This document shows, in pieces, positions 1-11,607 of a DNA stretch of 64,000 bases. The notes beneath the pieces are model-generated. The model saw only the letters and a list, made by a program, of their open reading frames with translations, did no database searches and was not told the DNA's origin. The first letter of the stretch is position 1. Every line of letters begins with the position of its first letter. A program made the translations under genes and the position numbers. Source of the stretch: Balamuthia mandrillaris (taxonomy: Eukaryota); assembly GCA_031835245.2 (NCBI GenBank), contig JAVKOQ020000007.1:310001-374000 (forward strand), read 5' to 3'.

Positions 1-278
1 CTTGGCGAGAGGAATAACCGTTGTAAAAGAAACTGTCAGGAATTGAAAGCATGCTGTATCCTTGGTCAACGGTTATTCCTCTCACCATTCTTGCCCGCCA
101 TACTTTTCTTTTTGTTCCCGCCTTTTTTTTCAATAACGTTACCGTTACTTTTTCTTGGGTTGTAACAAGGTCTTCTTCTTTAACTTTTTTCTTTCAACTA
201 GAAACAGCTACACACAACCATCACACACCTTTTTTGTTTGTTTGGCTTTTTGTTTTTTCCTTTTTTTTTTTTCTCATT

Positions 279-3200
279 ATGGAAGCGAAGAAAAAAAGAT
301 TTGCCGAGATTTACGGGTGGATTTTTGAACGAAAGGTTCCATTGCAGCAGCTTTCACGGTTGTACAATGGTGGAGAGGATGCTCCGACCTTTTATCGAGT
401 CCAATGGAGATCAACTCGTGGGCTTACAAAGCGAACAGGAGTGAAGGTGCTTAGTAATCCGCGGACCACCCTTGAAGGAGTGAAAGTGTTGGTGGCGCCT
501 AAAGTCAAGAAGGTGAAGAATGGGGTCCTTGAGGTTGCACTCAGCGAGAATCTTCACTGCTCTGGCGGCTTTGCCTGTGCTCCTCCTGCAAGAGGAAAGA
601 AGAACAAAAAACTAAAGGACTGTGAAGTACAAAGCCGTTGGGTGGTGTTTAGAGATGAGCTAAACACGGCCTACATCTACATCCAGAAGGAAGCCCAAAG
701 CCACGGACCTGGGTTTTGCGCGCCTTCCGCTTTGCCTATGACACCTGCGCTTCGGCAGTGGCTCCGCCAGATGGATGGGCAAGGAACAAAAGAAGACGGA
801 ATGAATGGGAGAGGAGGAGCAATGACGGCGCACGAGCTGCAACGAATGTTGCTGGGGGGCGCTTGTGAGCTGGTCAAGGATGCTCGGGATGTACCCACTG
901 TGCAGGAGATTGCCACTGTAATCCACAACGGAAGGAAAAAACTGCGAATCGGCAAGAAAGGGCAAACCAGAGCAGAAGCCCTCCAAGAGGCCTTGAATCG
1001 GCCAGAACTGGCTTCTACTATCCTTTTCCCACCTTTGGAGAGCCGTGAAACGTACATCCTTGATCGCACGGCGGCCCGTCGGCCATGGATGATTTTTCTG
1101 ATCGCGCCTTATGCAGTCACTGTGCTTCAGCGATGGGGTAAGGATGTAGTCGGCCTGGACAGCATCTACAAGCTATCCAAGTCACATCACCCCGTTTGGG
1201 CACTGGTGGTGCTAGATGACTTGGGACGGAGCTGGCCTGTTGCCTTCGCTGTTGCTAGCAAGGAACGAGCAGCAGTTGTGCGCTTTTTCCTTTCGTCTGT
1301 TCGTCACTTTTTTGAGACACAGACGACAACGATCTACTCCCCAAAACCTACGTGGCAACCCTTCGTAATGATCGACAAAGACAAGGTGGAGCGTAACGGG
1401 GCGACAAGTGCTGGCTTTCAGGTGGTGTTGTGTGACTTTCATGCACAACAACTGTGGAGAAAAAAGTTGCGCAGTATGGTTTGTTCTCTCTCTTTCATGC
1501 ATCTGCTCTCTCCCTCTCGTTGTTGCTCATACAAGTAGAAACTAACAATAATACCAAACAACAAGGGAAGGATGATGGAAGTGTATTGGGTTTGTTAAAA
1601 AGACTGCAACATGCCATGACAGAAGATGCAGAGGAAGAAGCAACAAAAGTGTTGAAGAACTATTGCCAAAAAAAGAGGATTACCCGTTTTTGGCAGTACT
1701 TTGACAAGAACTGGCTTTCTCCTCCATGGGCATCAACGTGGAAAAGCATTGATCGTCCTGGGTACCGAGAGGGCTTGTGGAATACCAACAATGCAACAGA
1801 GACGATCTTTCGTAGCATTCTTCGTGATTTCCACTGCAAAGGCACCAAAGGGGATCACAACTTGGTCTTAACGCTAGCAGACAATGTGTTTCGCCGCTAC
1901 AATGTGGAGCTCAACCGCATCGATGTACTACAGCAACGCCCAAGCCTTGGTGTTTGCCGGCTTTGGAGGAGATATCAAGAGGGATTGCGGCTGGCACAGC
2001 ACCAACAGAGTGAGAAACAGAAAGAAAAAGAAGAAATAGAGAATGGCAGCAAAAACGATGACAACAACAACGACAGAGAGGAAAAAGAGGTAGAAGAAGG
2101 ATTGAACGCACATTTTGTAGAGCTTGCTGACGGCGTTTTCAAATGGAATGAGTACGACGTGACTATAGAATTGCCTTCATGCACCTGTCCTTACTTTCGG
2201 TATTATGGTAGGAGGTGCAAACACGTTTTTGGACTTGCTGCTCATCTACAGAAAACATTTTCAGATCAGAACCTTTTAGAGCTTGGGCTGAAAAGACAAA
2301 CAAGACGCACCAACAGCAGCACCTCCCAAGTGGCAAGAATAGTTGAAGATGACATCGTTGAAGCAGATGATACTGACTCCCTGGAGCAACGTGTAGCGCC
2401 TGTTACCCTTGATGATGAAGATGTGGAAGGAGAGGAGGGAGATGAACAGGACGAGGAACAGCAGGCGCTGCTACTGTTGGAGGAGCCATCGATGGATGAA
2501 CTTGGTGAGGACGACGGCGGAGATCTTGAGGAAGAAACTTCTGAAGGAGAAGAACACAACAATAAGAAAGAAGAGAAGGAGGAGAAGGAGGAGAAGGAGG
2601 AGGAGGAGAAGGAAAAGGAGAAAGACAAACTGAATGCAAACAAAAATCAAGGAACAAAGCATCAACATCCAGTGGAGCCAAAAATCGAGTACTCTAGCAA
2701 GGAAGAAGCAGAACAAGCAATCGCATATGCTACAGGGAAGTCATCACCTGGGAGGCCGCGCAAAACAACAAAGAGGCCGAAAGTAGCAACCAACCTGCGA
2801 CTCACAGAAGAATGTTTGCTTGAATTAAGTTAGTATCTCTTTTTTTTAAACAAAATCTCTCCCTCCTTTCCTACTTTTAGCTAACACCTCACACAAACAC
2901 CAGAAACCGAACGTACCTTTCAATCAAATTTAACAAAACCAGAAACAACAAAGAAAAAGGCAGCGGCGGTGGCGGCGGCTGCACCAAAAAAACAACAAAA
3001 TCAAAAAACAAAAACGCAAAGTGGTATGTTTGTCACTTTTTGTATCAAGCAGATTCTTTTTCTGAAGTTGATTTTTGTCATTTTTGAAGAGTGCAAAGCA
3101 AAGCGTACCTCTCAATGGCAAAAGAACTGTAAAACGGAAGAGATCTATGGCGTCGCACCCGTGGTGAACTACCAGGATCCCCGAGTGGACAAAAGGAAGC

Positions 3201-3364
3201 CTCTCTCTCCAAAACCACAACTGAAGCCCAACCCACGGTACCAGAAAACACAGGTCGTGAAGCTCCTCTCTCCTCAAAAAAAAGAACAGAACGAAGAAAA
3301 GGTGCCCAGCGTGACAAAGAAAAGACTGGCCAAAAGAACAAAACGAAAAAAAAAAGCCCCCTAA
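279..3364 (+). CDS. Mutator-family (MULE) DDE transposase with SWIM zinc finger, spliced (exons approx. 279-1473, 1566-2828, 2904-3023, ~3090-3364)
   Basis: Motifs: VVGLDSIYK (D1), VMIDKD (D2), LCDFH (CxxH), NTNNATETIF (E), SWIM CTCPYFRYYGRRCKHV and AT-hook PGRPRK. A phase-1 intron GTATGG...AAG at 1474-1565 joins ORFs 51..1538 and 1454..2833. Confidence 0.9.
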
Positions 3365-3477
3365 AAAATAAATTTTTGATTTTTCTGATCCCTTTTCTCC
3401 ACTCTCTAAAATAATGGCCAGCGCACGCTTTGGTGGCAAAATAGCACAAAAATAATAGGTTGTTATAAATACATATT

Positions 3478-3565
3478 AGGGTGGGTAAATTACCTGAGGG
3501 GTGGGACGTTTACCGAAGGGGTGGGACTTTTAGCGTTGTGGGGTGGGACGTTTACCCGATTCGCC
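3478..3565. repeat. Four GGGGTGGG(ACGTTTACC)-type subterminal repeats of the MULE end
   Basis: GGGTGGG cores at about 3479, 3498, 3518 and 3540, spaced roughly 20 nt apart. Confidence 0.8.
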
Positions 3566-3893
3566 AGGTTACAACCACTTCCTCCTTCTGCTTTTTTCTT
3601 TTTTCTTTTTGCTTTCTCATTTTGTCCTTGGTCTGCTGGTTTTCTTCGCTTTTTCTCTCTTCTTCGTTCTTCCCTTCTTCTTTTTTCACCTTCTTCCTCC
3701 TCTTCTTGCTCTTTGTGGTTTTGTGCTGACAATGTCTGAACGGTTCTGCATGGTTTGTCGCACAAAGACACAAGCGAAGCAGCAAGAACAGCCTCCTTCT
3801 CATCCTGGGCGGCATTCTTCCCTTTGTAATGATCGTGGCAGCAGTGTTGTGTGTAACCAAGCCTATACCAACAAAAGTCTTTGTTTGTTTGTT

Positions 3894-6277
3894 TTATTCT
3901 TTCAAAAATGAGGCTTCAACGAGGAAGAGCAGGTCATACTCCTCTATCAACCGTTCGATCAGTTTGGCGGTGTTCGCCACTGCGCTGTCCTTCAGTTCTT
4001 TCATCCATTCGTGATCGCTCTCACCCAGCAATGAACGTTCCGTTTCTTCCTCGGCTTCCTCGTTTTCCCTTCGTTGGTACCGATATTTCATTTCCGCTTT
4101 CGACCAAGAGGAGGGAGACGGAGAAGGAGAAAATGAAGGAGAAGGGGAAAGAGAAGTGGAAGAAGAGAAGGAAGAGGAAGCAGAGGAAGCAGATGACGAG
4201 CTTCTTCTTGCTGATTGCCATTGCGAAGCCGTTGAGAGAAGAACAACCGGAGAAAGGTGGTTGTTGTCATTATTGCTTCCCAATGAAGAAGTGCCAATGC
4301 TGTTCCTTTGAGTGGAGATGAAACATCCGTTTTGTGAATATGACTTGGGTCTTTTGTTGGTGCTCCTCTTTCTTTGCGTCTTCCAACCATTCGATGATGA
4401 AGCTAAAGAAAATGAAGGAGAAGAAAAGAAGGGAACAAAGGCAACAATGACTTGTTGCAGCGGAAGGTGACGAGAGATGGCGATGTGGTTGATGAAAGTG
4501 AGCAAGCTCTGCAACAAGTTTTGATGAAGAGGAGAAAGCGAGTGATGGATAATCTCTTGCAAAGATCGGGTGGACATCGTATGTTGCAGTTGCGAAGATG
4601 AAGAAGACGAAAGAAGAAGAGGAATGTTCAAATGTCGAAGAGCGTGAAAGAGAAGATTGGTGAGCAAACGAGCCCTTCTTTCGGCCATAACGTAAGCAAA
4701 ACTTTTATCTGCTGCAGAGCGCGAAGAAAGAGGAGAGAAAGAAGGAGGAGAAAACGGTGGAGGAGAGCATGGAGGGGAGAAAGCATTGTTACTTATGGTT
4801 GTTCTGTTGTGACGATGAGAGGATAGGTGGAAAAAGCTTTCTTTGTCAGCGAAGAACCATTTCAGCCGTTTGAGATGCCACTTGCGTTCTTCCATTAATG
4901 AATAAACATAAAATGTAAGTATCTTATGCAATAAAGAGAAAACAACATGAACAAGCAAAATAAGAAGGATAAACGGTGAGTTACCTTGTATGCCTTCCAC
5001 CAGACTTCGCCAAGGTTGGAATAATGGATCGGTGTTTGTAATGACATCAAATATAGCGGAATGATGCACTCCAAAATCGTCCAAAGACTCTATGATCCAA
5101 AGAATGCATTGCACCAGATTTTGTTGTTCCTCTTCCTCCTTCTTGTCTTCGGCTTCCTCTTCACTGCGTTGCCAATCCCATTTCCATTCCCATTCTTCTT
5201 CTTCTTCCTTGGCTTTGTTTCCATCTTTCTGCCCTCCTGGCATTGTGTCTATATCTAAAACTCCGTTTATATTCTCCTCTCTCATTTCTGGTTCTGTATC
5301 GCTTTCTTCTTCGCCTTCATCATCGTTCCATTCTACTCTCCTCACAAAATCGATCTCCTCCTCGTGTTCATTCTCTTCCTCCTCCTCCTTCTCATCTTTT
5401 CTATGCACTCGATTGTTATGGATTGCATGAGAGAACGACGAAGAAGACGAAGAAGAATTCGAACGAAGGGGCGAGGAAGAAGCTGAAGAAAAAGAACAAA
5501 AAATACTCGAATCAGCCGCTAAAGCGGAGAAGAAATAATTAACCGACTGCGAAGATGACGGTTGCAAAGTGCGTCGAAAACGATACGAGAACGGAGATAT
5601 TTCGGGAACGAGGCCCAAGTTTTCCATTCCATAACGTGAAGCCACTGCATCAGGATCTCCCGAGTTAATTTGAATGATGAACTCATCTTCCGCAAGTTTG
5701 AGGCCGATGCTTCCAGCTCTTCTTCTTCTGCTGAATCTATTGCGGTTAATCCTGTCCTTAGAGGGTGGATTATGCGGGGATGAGGATGAAGGTGAAGAAG
5801 AAAGGCTGTCGTTTTGGGAAAAGTTCGTTTTGAAACGAGCACAACATAGTTGGCTTATCCACGCATCCATTATAGGCTCTGAATCTGCTTTTAGGAAGAA
5901 GCTTTTGTGGCGCCGACTGAAGGAGCGACAAATATCTGTTTCCCAAAGCGTTATTATTGTTTGGGGAAGAGAGAGAGAGTGAGTGAGAGAGAGAGGAAGA
6001 ACAAAAGAGGAGAGAAGAGAAAGAACCAGTGATTTCAAAAATGAATTGCCTCTTCTTTTCCGGAAGTCCTATCCGCCAACAAAAAGGAGTGAATAAGGAA
6101 AGAATTAAACACAGGGAGGGGCTATGGGTGGTCGGCTTATTACGTATTCTGTTTTTCTGAAAGTCTTCAGCAGTGGAAAGCACCCGAATGAAACATTGGT
6201 CCACCGGGATAAAGCCCAATGCCTCCAATTTCTTTGGATATTGGTGAGAAAGGAGTCTAAACAATAACCTGAAGAGT

Positions 6278-6314
<37 letters not shown>

Positions 6315-7860
6315 TTTCGTCTCGGTAATAATGCAGCATGCTGTCTCGCAAAACAAACCATCTCCGCCGCCATGACTGGTATTTAAATGCGCTCGTTAGG
6401 CAGACGAATCTCAACCAAAAAGAATGAAGAGAAGAAACCTTGACACGTCCTCCACGCTTAGTCAGCCATCCTTCTTTTACTATCGGCGAAGGGCTCAACA
6501 ATGCTGAGGAAGAACCCCACAATCCTGCTAAATCCTTTATACAAAAGCAAAGTTGGAATGAGAGAAGAAGCAGAAGAAGAAGCAGAAGAAGAAGAACAAG
6601 AACAAGAACAAGAACAAGAAGAAGAAGAAGAAGAAGAAGAAGAAGAACAAGAAGAACAAGAAGAACAAGAAGAAGAACAAGAAGAAGAACAACAACAAGA
6701 ACAAGAACAAGAGGTACTAACTTCCAGATTTAAAGCTTGAATCCATTCTTCGAGCTCTTCTTGAGAATCGGCAAAAATGTTGAAGGATGGATGACGCTTT
6801 GAAAAAACTCGCAAAGGGTCATACAGCTCTAAACAATACCTTCTTCGTTTCGCTGTGTTCTTTCTTTGAACGCTGCTCAGACGAAAGCAACAACGAGCGA
6901 GAGGGATAAAACCTAATGGCGTATCATCCTTTTTTTTATTTATTTAAAACATAGAAAGAGGAGAAAGAGTTAGAGCGGAAGAAGGAAAGGAGATGGAGGA
7001 AAGAAGGAAGAACGAGAATGATACCTGAGGATGACGATAGTAATAGAGCCGATTATGCTGAAGCACGAACCATCGCTTCTTCAACGAGTTGACCAGCCCG
7101 CCTTTTTGTTGCAGCCATCCTTTCTTTGTCACGCTATTGTCGAAAGAGAAGTATCCAACGGACTGTATTTTTTTTTCTTTTTGTTAACGAAGCAAAAAGA
7201 AAAAGAAAAAGAAAAAGAAAAAGAAAAAGAAAAAGAAAAAGAAAAAGAAAAAGAAAAAGAACAAGAACAAGAACAAGAACAAGAAAAAGAAAAAGAAAAA
7301 GAAAAAGAAAAAGAAAAAGAAAAAGAAAAAGAAGAAAAAAGTCCAACCAAAGCACTGGGATCTTTAGTGAGGGTGGGCCGTGGAGAGCAGGAAGCAGAGT
7401 CACTGGAAGAGAACTCAAAAAACCGCATGCGATCATCCTCCTCTTCCTCCTCTCCCTCTTCTTCCTTTTCTTCTTTCTTTTGTTGTGCTGCGGGAGACAC
7501 CCTCCTGAACGAGGTGACCGGAGAAGGGAGCGTTTTGCGAGAAGGAAACGGAGAAATGTCTCTTTGAGACTGAAACAATGTATCGTTTGTTGCTGTGGTT
7601 GTGGCTGAACGTCGATCGACCGGCAAAGCAGAAGAAGCAGAAGAAGAAAAAGCGGAAGCAGAAGACGATGAAGTAACAACGACCACACGCGAGTTTCGTT
7701 GGTTGGGATTATGCACTCCGGAACCTCTTCCTCTCCCGCCGATCATTTCCAGCTGACAGCGACGTCGTTCGGAGCTATGAGGCTTGCGGTTGCTGCTGTT
7801 GCTGGTGGCGGTAGTGTTATCCGATGTCCCAACGGCACTCTTTCTTTCATCTTCTTCCAT
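3894..7860 (-). CDS. Tandem PH-domain protein with C-terminal degenerate RhoGAP-like domain (multi-exon)
   Basis: PH1: KKGWLQQKGGLVNSLKKRWFVL...ADSQEELEEWIQAL. PH2: KEGWLTKRGG...WRRRWFVL...ADSEPIMDAWISQL. GAP-like helices: LVQCILWII...AIF, LRHLNIPLL, LQSLLTFINHI, LIERLIEEYDLLF. Confidence 0.8.
7195..7335. repeat. Intronic (GAAAAA)n/(GAACAA)n hexamer repeat
   Basis: Direct tandem repeats inside an intron of the PH gene. Confidence 0.9.
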
Positions 7861-7976
7861 CCCTCGAGTTTTCTATTCCTTTCGGCTCTCTCTTTCAAGA
7901 AAAACGGGTCTTTCTGCATTACAGTTACCTGATATCCAAAATATCGATTTTTTAATAAGTAAATCGTCAATTATCC

Positions 7977-8010
7977 GACATTTCAAATTAATCAATTAAT
8001 TTGAAATGTC
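7977..8010. promoter_or_regulatory. Perfect 16-bp inverted repeat in a divergent promoter
   Basis: GACATTTCAAATTAAT-CA-ATTAATTTGAAATGTC between the head-to-head starts at 7860(-) and 8167(+). Confidence 0.5.
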
Positions 8011-8166
8011 TGGTATGCCTAGCATTCAGAAAATGAGAATTATTTTAACGTCGACACCACCTAATTGTCGACATAAAAAGCAGGAGCAGCAATGCAGCAC
8101 AAATGCTCCACAGTTACTGATGAAAAAAAAAAATTGGTGCAGAGGCCTATCGGGAAGGCAGGGCGG

Positions 8167-9548
8167 ATGGAGTGCTTCTCTCTCTTTGGACGTCCTTCTG
8201 GGGATGCAGCGTCCTCAGGGGGAGGGGCGGCGGCAGCAACCGAGGATGGGTCCACGGGTGGCGGGCTGGCTGTGTCGTCTCGACCGCCACCTCCCATCGA
8301 CATGCATAAGAAGAAGACGCAGAGGGACGAGAAGCAAAAGAAGGAGGAGAGGAACAGACCCTCTTTAAGAGCGAGCAACCAAGCCGAGGAAGAAGAGGAT
8401 GGAAAGGCGCCTCTTCCTTCTCCCTCCTCTGCGTCGTTGAACGAAAACGAACTGTCGAATTTGACCGTTTCGGAGAGATTTGATTTTGTGAGCAGGGTGG
8501 GAGACGAGGTCGTGCTTTGTATATTCTCTTTCCTGGAGGCACGCAGCCTCGCCAAGCTGCGGCTCGTCAGTCAGGAATGGAGACGAATCGCGGAGGATGC
8601 ATCGTACGTACGCCTCTCTTGTTTTCTCCTTCCTTTCATGGTTAAACGCTTTTTTTAACAAAAAAAAAATAAGGTTGTGGAAGAGCAAATGCCTGACCGG
8701 ATGGCCTGCTTTGCAGAGCCTGTTGCTCAAATGCCATGAGGAGACCAAAACGGAGTGGAGGCTCATCTTCATTCGCCTTTATCAACGCCATTATGTATGT
8801 GCTGTTGCTTTTTTTTTTTCTGTCTTGTCTATTCATTGTCGCCTCCTTGTCTTCTTCTACAAATATTTTCTCTCTGAACTTGCCTGCTTCTCTCTCTAAC
8901 TCTCTCTCTCTCTCTCTCTCTTCTTGTTCAGTGGTCTCGAACGAGAAAGGCGGACACCGTTAATGTATCAGCCGATGGCAGAAAAGCTACCGTCGACTCT
9001 AAAATGTATCCCAAAAGCAACGTATCGTTGCAAACCGAGGAAGGCATCAACCCCGCTCAAGCTCCTTTCCACTATTTCAGGGTCAAAGTTCTCTGCAAGA
9101 CACGAACCAACATTGGGTTTGGTATTACGGACAGCACGTGGCCGGTTTGTTCTATTATTCTTTCTTCTTTGTTCCTCGTCTTTCTTCTTTGCTTCTTTGC
9201 CTCTTTGCTTCTCTTCGATATATTTTTTCCTCTTTCTTAACAAACAATTTCAAACAACAATAGTACCAAGATAAGTTTGTGGGATTCGACAAACGGCTGT
9301 TCAACTATGGTTACACCTCCAACGGAGTGATCAGAAGAGGAGAGCCAGAGAACGGTTGGCGGAACTACGACGACGGCGACATCCTCTCCTTCTGGATGCA
9401 GTACCACAAGGACTCTTCCCTGTCCATCTCCATCTTCCTGAACGAGGAGCCCGTCTACCAGTGGGACCGCGTGCTAGAAGCCCACACCCCGCCACTGTAC
9501 TTCACCGCCACTCTCTACGAGAGGGACACCTGTATCACCTTTTGTTAA
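8167..9548 (+). CDS. F-box + SPRY-domain protein (about 4 exons)
   Basis: F-box VGDEVVLCIFSFLEARSLAKLRLVSQEWRRIAED. SPRY-like FHYFRVKV...NIGFGIT, FVGFD...YGYTSNG, DDGDILSF. Confidence 0.8.
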
Positions 9549-9657
9549 ATTATCGATAACTGTTTCAAATAATTGTAACTATCCGTCTATTTATCAAAAA
9601 ATTCAAAAAATAGTAGATATTTGTTCTTTATCAAATAATTTCGATTATTGCAGATAT

Positions 9658-11224
9658 TTAGTAGCGATAGTTGGAGACAAAGAGAGACTCGGCGGCAGAA
9701 GAGCCACCAGCGCCGCCCTTGTATTTGCCGAGAGTGGCCTCCGAGTTGGCCTTTGCCCTTTCCAAGAAGGCCTCCTGGCCGGCCTTCTCGTTTTCCTTCT
9801 TGCCGCCCCATGCCTTGAGGGCGCTGGCCTGAAGGGCTCGGCCGTAGCTGAAGCTCACGTTCCAGGGTCGGGCCATTGGCAGGGCGTTCATTGCGTTCAG
9901 GTTGAGACTGGCTTCCTCTTCGCTTTGTCCTCCGGACAAGAACTTTGTTTTGAAGTGCGCAGAGAGAAAGAGATGTTAATGTTTCGAAAAAAAAGAAAAA
10001 GCAGAGAAGGGGGAGGAATACATTGATGCCAGGAACAGCGGCAGGAACGGTGCGCAAGAGAACGGTGAGGGTAGCATGGGCCACCTGTTCGGGGGGAAGT
10101 TGCTCTCTGTCTCGTCCTATATTGTTGAGGGGAAAAAAGAAATGAGTCACTCGAGAAAAATAACAAATGAAAAGACGATACAGAAAAGATGAGAACAAAG
10201 GAGACACGTACCAGGCAGGACCATGTTGGGCTTCAGCAAGGTTCCTTCAAGGAGGACGTTGGCATCATGAAGAGCCTTGTAGGTGGCAGCTAACACCTTT
10301 TGTGTGATCTGAACAGATTGCTCGATGGTGTGTTTGCCGTCCATCAGGATCTCAGGCTCCACAATGGGCACCAATCCATTATCCTATTAATATGAGTGTT
10401 TGCATGGGTTTTCAAGATTGGTAAGAAAAAAAAATAGAACAAGAAAGACAACTCAATTAACAAACAACAAAAACAAAAACAAAGAGAAGAAGGAATAAAA
10501 AAAGAGAGAAACAAATGAAAGACATACTTGACAGATAGCGGCGTAGCGGGCAAGACCACGAGTGTTCTCCTCAATGGCAATATCAGAGGGACAGCCTTCG
10601 TCGATCTTCAGCACAGCGCGCCTTTGTATAGTAAAAGAAGAAAAGAGAAGTTAGAACCGTTGAGAGAGAGGAGAGAAAGAGCAGAAGAAGTAGTACCATT
10701 TGGCGAAACGAGCGCCCTTCTTGTAGTAGTCGGCGCAGCGCTGGTCGAGGTTATCAAAACCTTGTGTGAAGGTCTCTTCGTTGGTACCACGAATGGGCTT
10801 GATACCCTTGTCGACCTTGATGCCAGTGATGATGCCCTTCTTGGCCAAGAGCTCAGCGAAGGGCACTCCATCGTCAGTCTTTTGGTTCAAGGTCTCCTCA
10901 TACATGATCACTCCGCTGATGTAGTTCTCGATACCTTCAGCGGTGAAGAGGAGTTGGCGGTACTGCTGTCGATTGGCCTCGTTGTTCTCGACATTAATGG
11001 GCTCGAAACGCTTGCCAATGGTGCCAGTGGATTCATCAGCAGCCAAGATGCCCTTTCCAGGCGTGGCAATGCGTTTCTATGGGAGATGGACAAAAAAAAA
11101 CAAAAACCTGATCAGTGAGTGAAAGGGGAGAAAAAAAAAACGTAGCTAATCTTAATAAAATAAATAATAATAATAATAATCTGTAATCACTACACAAAAA
11201 TAAAAACATCGACAAAATCTGAGC

Positions 11225-11268
<44 letters not shown>

Positions 11269-11310
11269 TACAGCGGTCTCGATCAACTCCTGTCTGTAAT
11301 CAGTGGCCAT
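9658..11310 (-). CDS. ALDO: Fructose-bisphosphate aldolase, class I (multi-exon)
   Basis: [62 protein letters not shown] and C-terminal Tyr. Confidence 0.97.
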
Positions 11311-11607
11311 TGTCGTTGGGGATTGTATCAGCAGTGCTACTCGAAAAAAAAAAAAACTGACGTCAAAAAGAAAAAAAAAAGCAAAACAAAAAACGTTCAC
11401 ACGCAAAACAACGTGGGGGAAAAAAAAATCCCACATTGAAAAAATCCAAGTACCGCAACAACGGCTCCTCAGACAGTTCAGCAGAAAATAGAATGAAAAT
11501 CCGCGGAACGCAATTACGGAACGGAGATGCACTTTCGCACTGTTTTCCACGAAAATTCCATGGATAATAGTGTCGACAGATCATTTGTCGACAAAGAGAA
11601 ACGAAAG

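Larger units (their letters stand above)
1..3565 (+). mobile_element. Mutator-like DNA transposon; right end about 3565, left end outside the window
   Basis: The transposase is followed by an AT-rich spacer and a G-rich terminal region ending ...TTTACCCGATTCGCC, which reads GGCGAATCGGG on the minus strand. The target-site duplication cannot be checked because the left end is absent. Confidence 0.7.

Noticed and set aside
3478..3565. Regularly spaced repeats as a possible CRISPR array
   Set aside because: Units are about 20 nt with no unique spacers, there are no cas genes and the context is eukaryotic. Better explained as a transposon end.
3566..3860. Extra last exon of the PH-RhoGAP gene disrupted by the MULE
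   Set aside because: The gene ends naturally at 3894 after the terminal RhoGAP helix, and no donor site supports an extension.
10528..11118. 196-aa plus-strand ORF
   Set aside because: Antisense shadow of aldolase exons.
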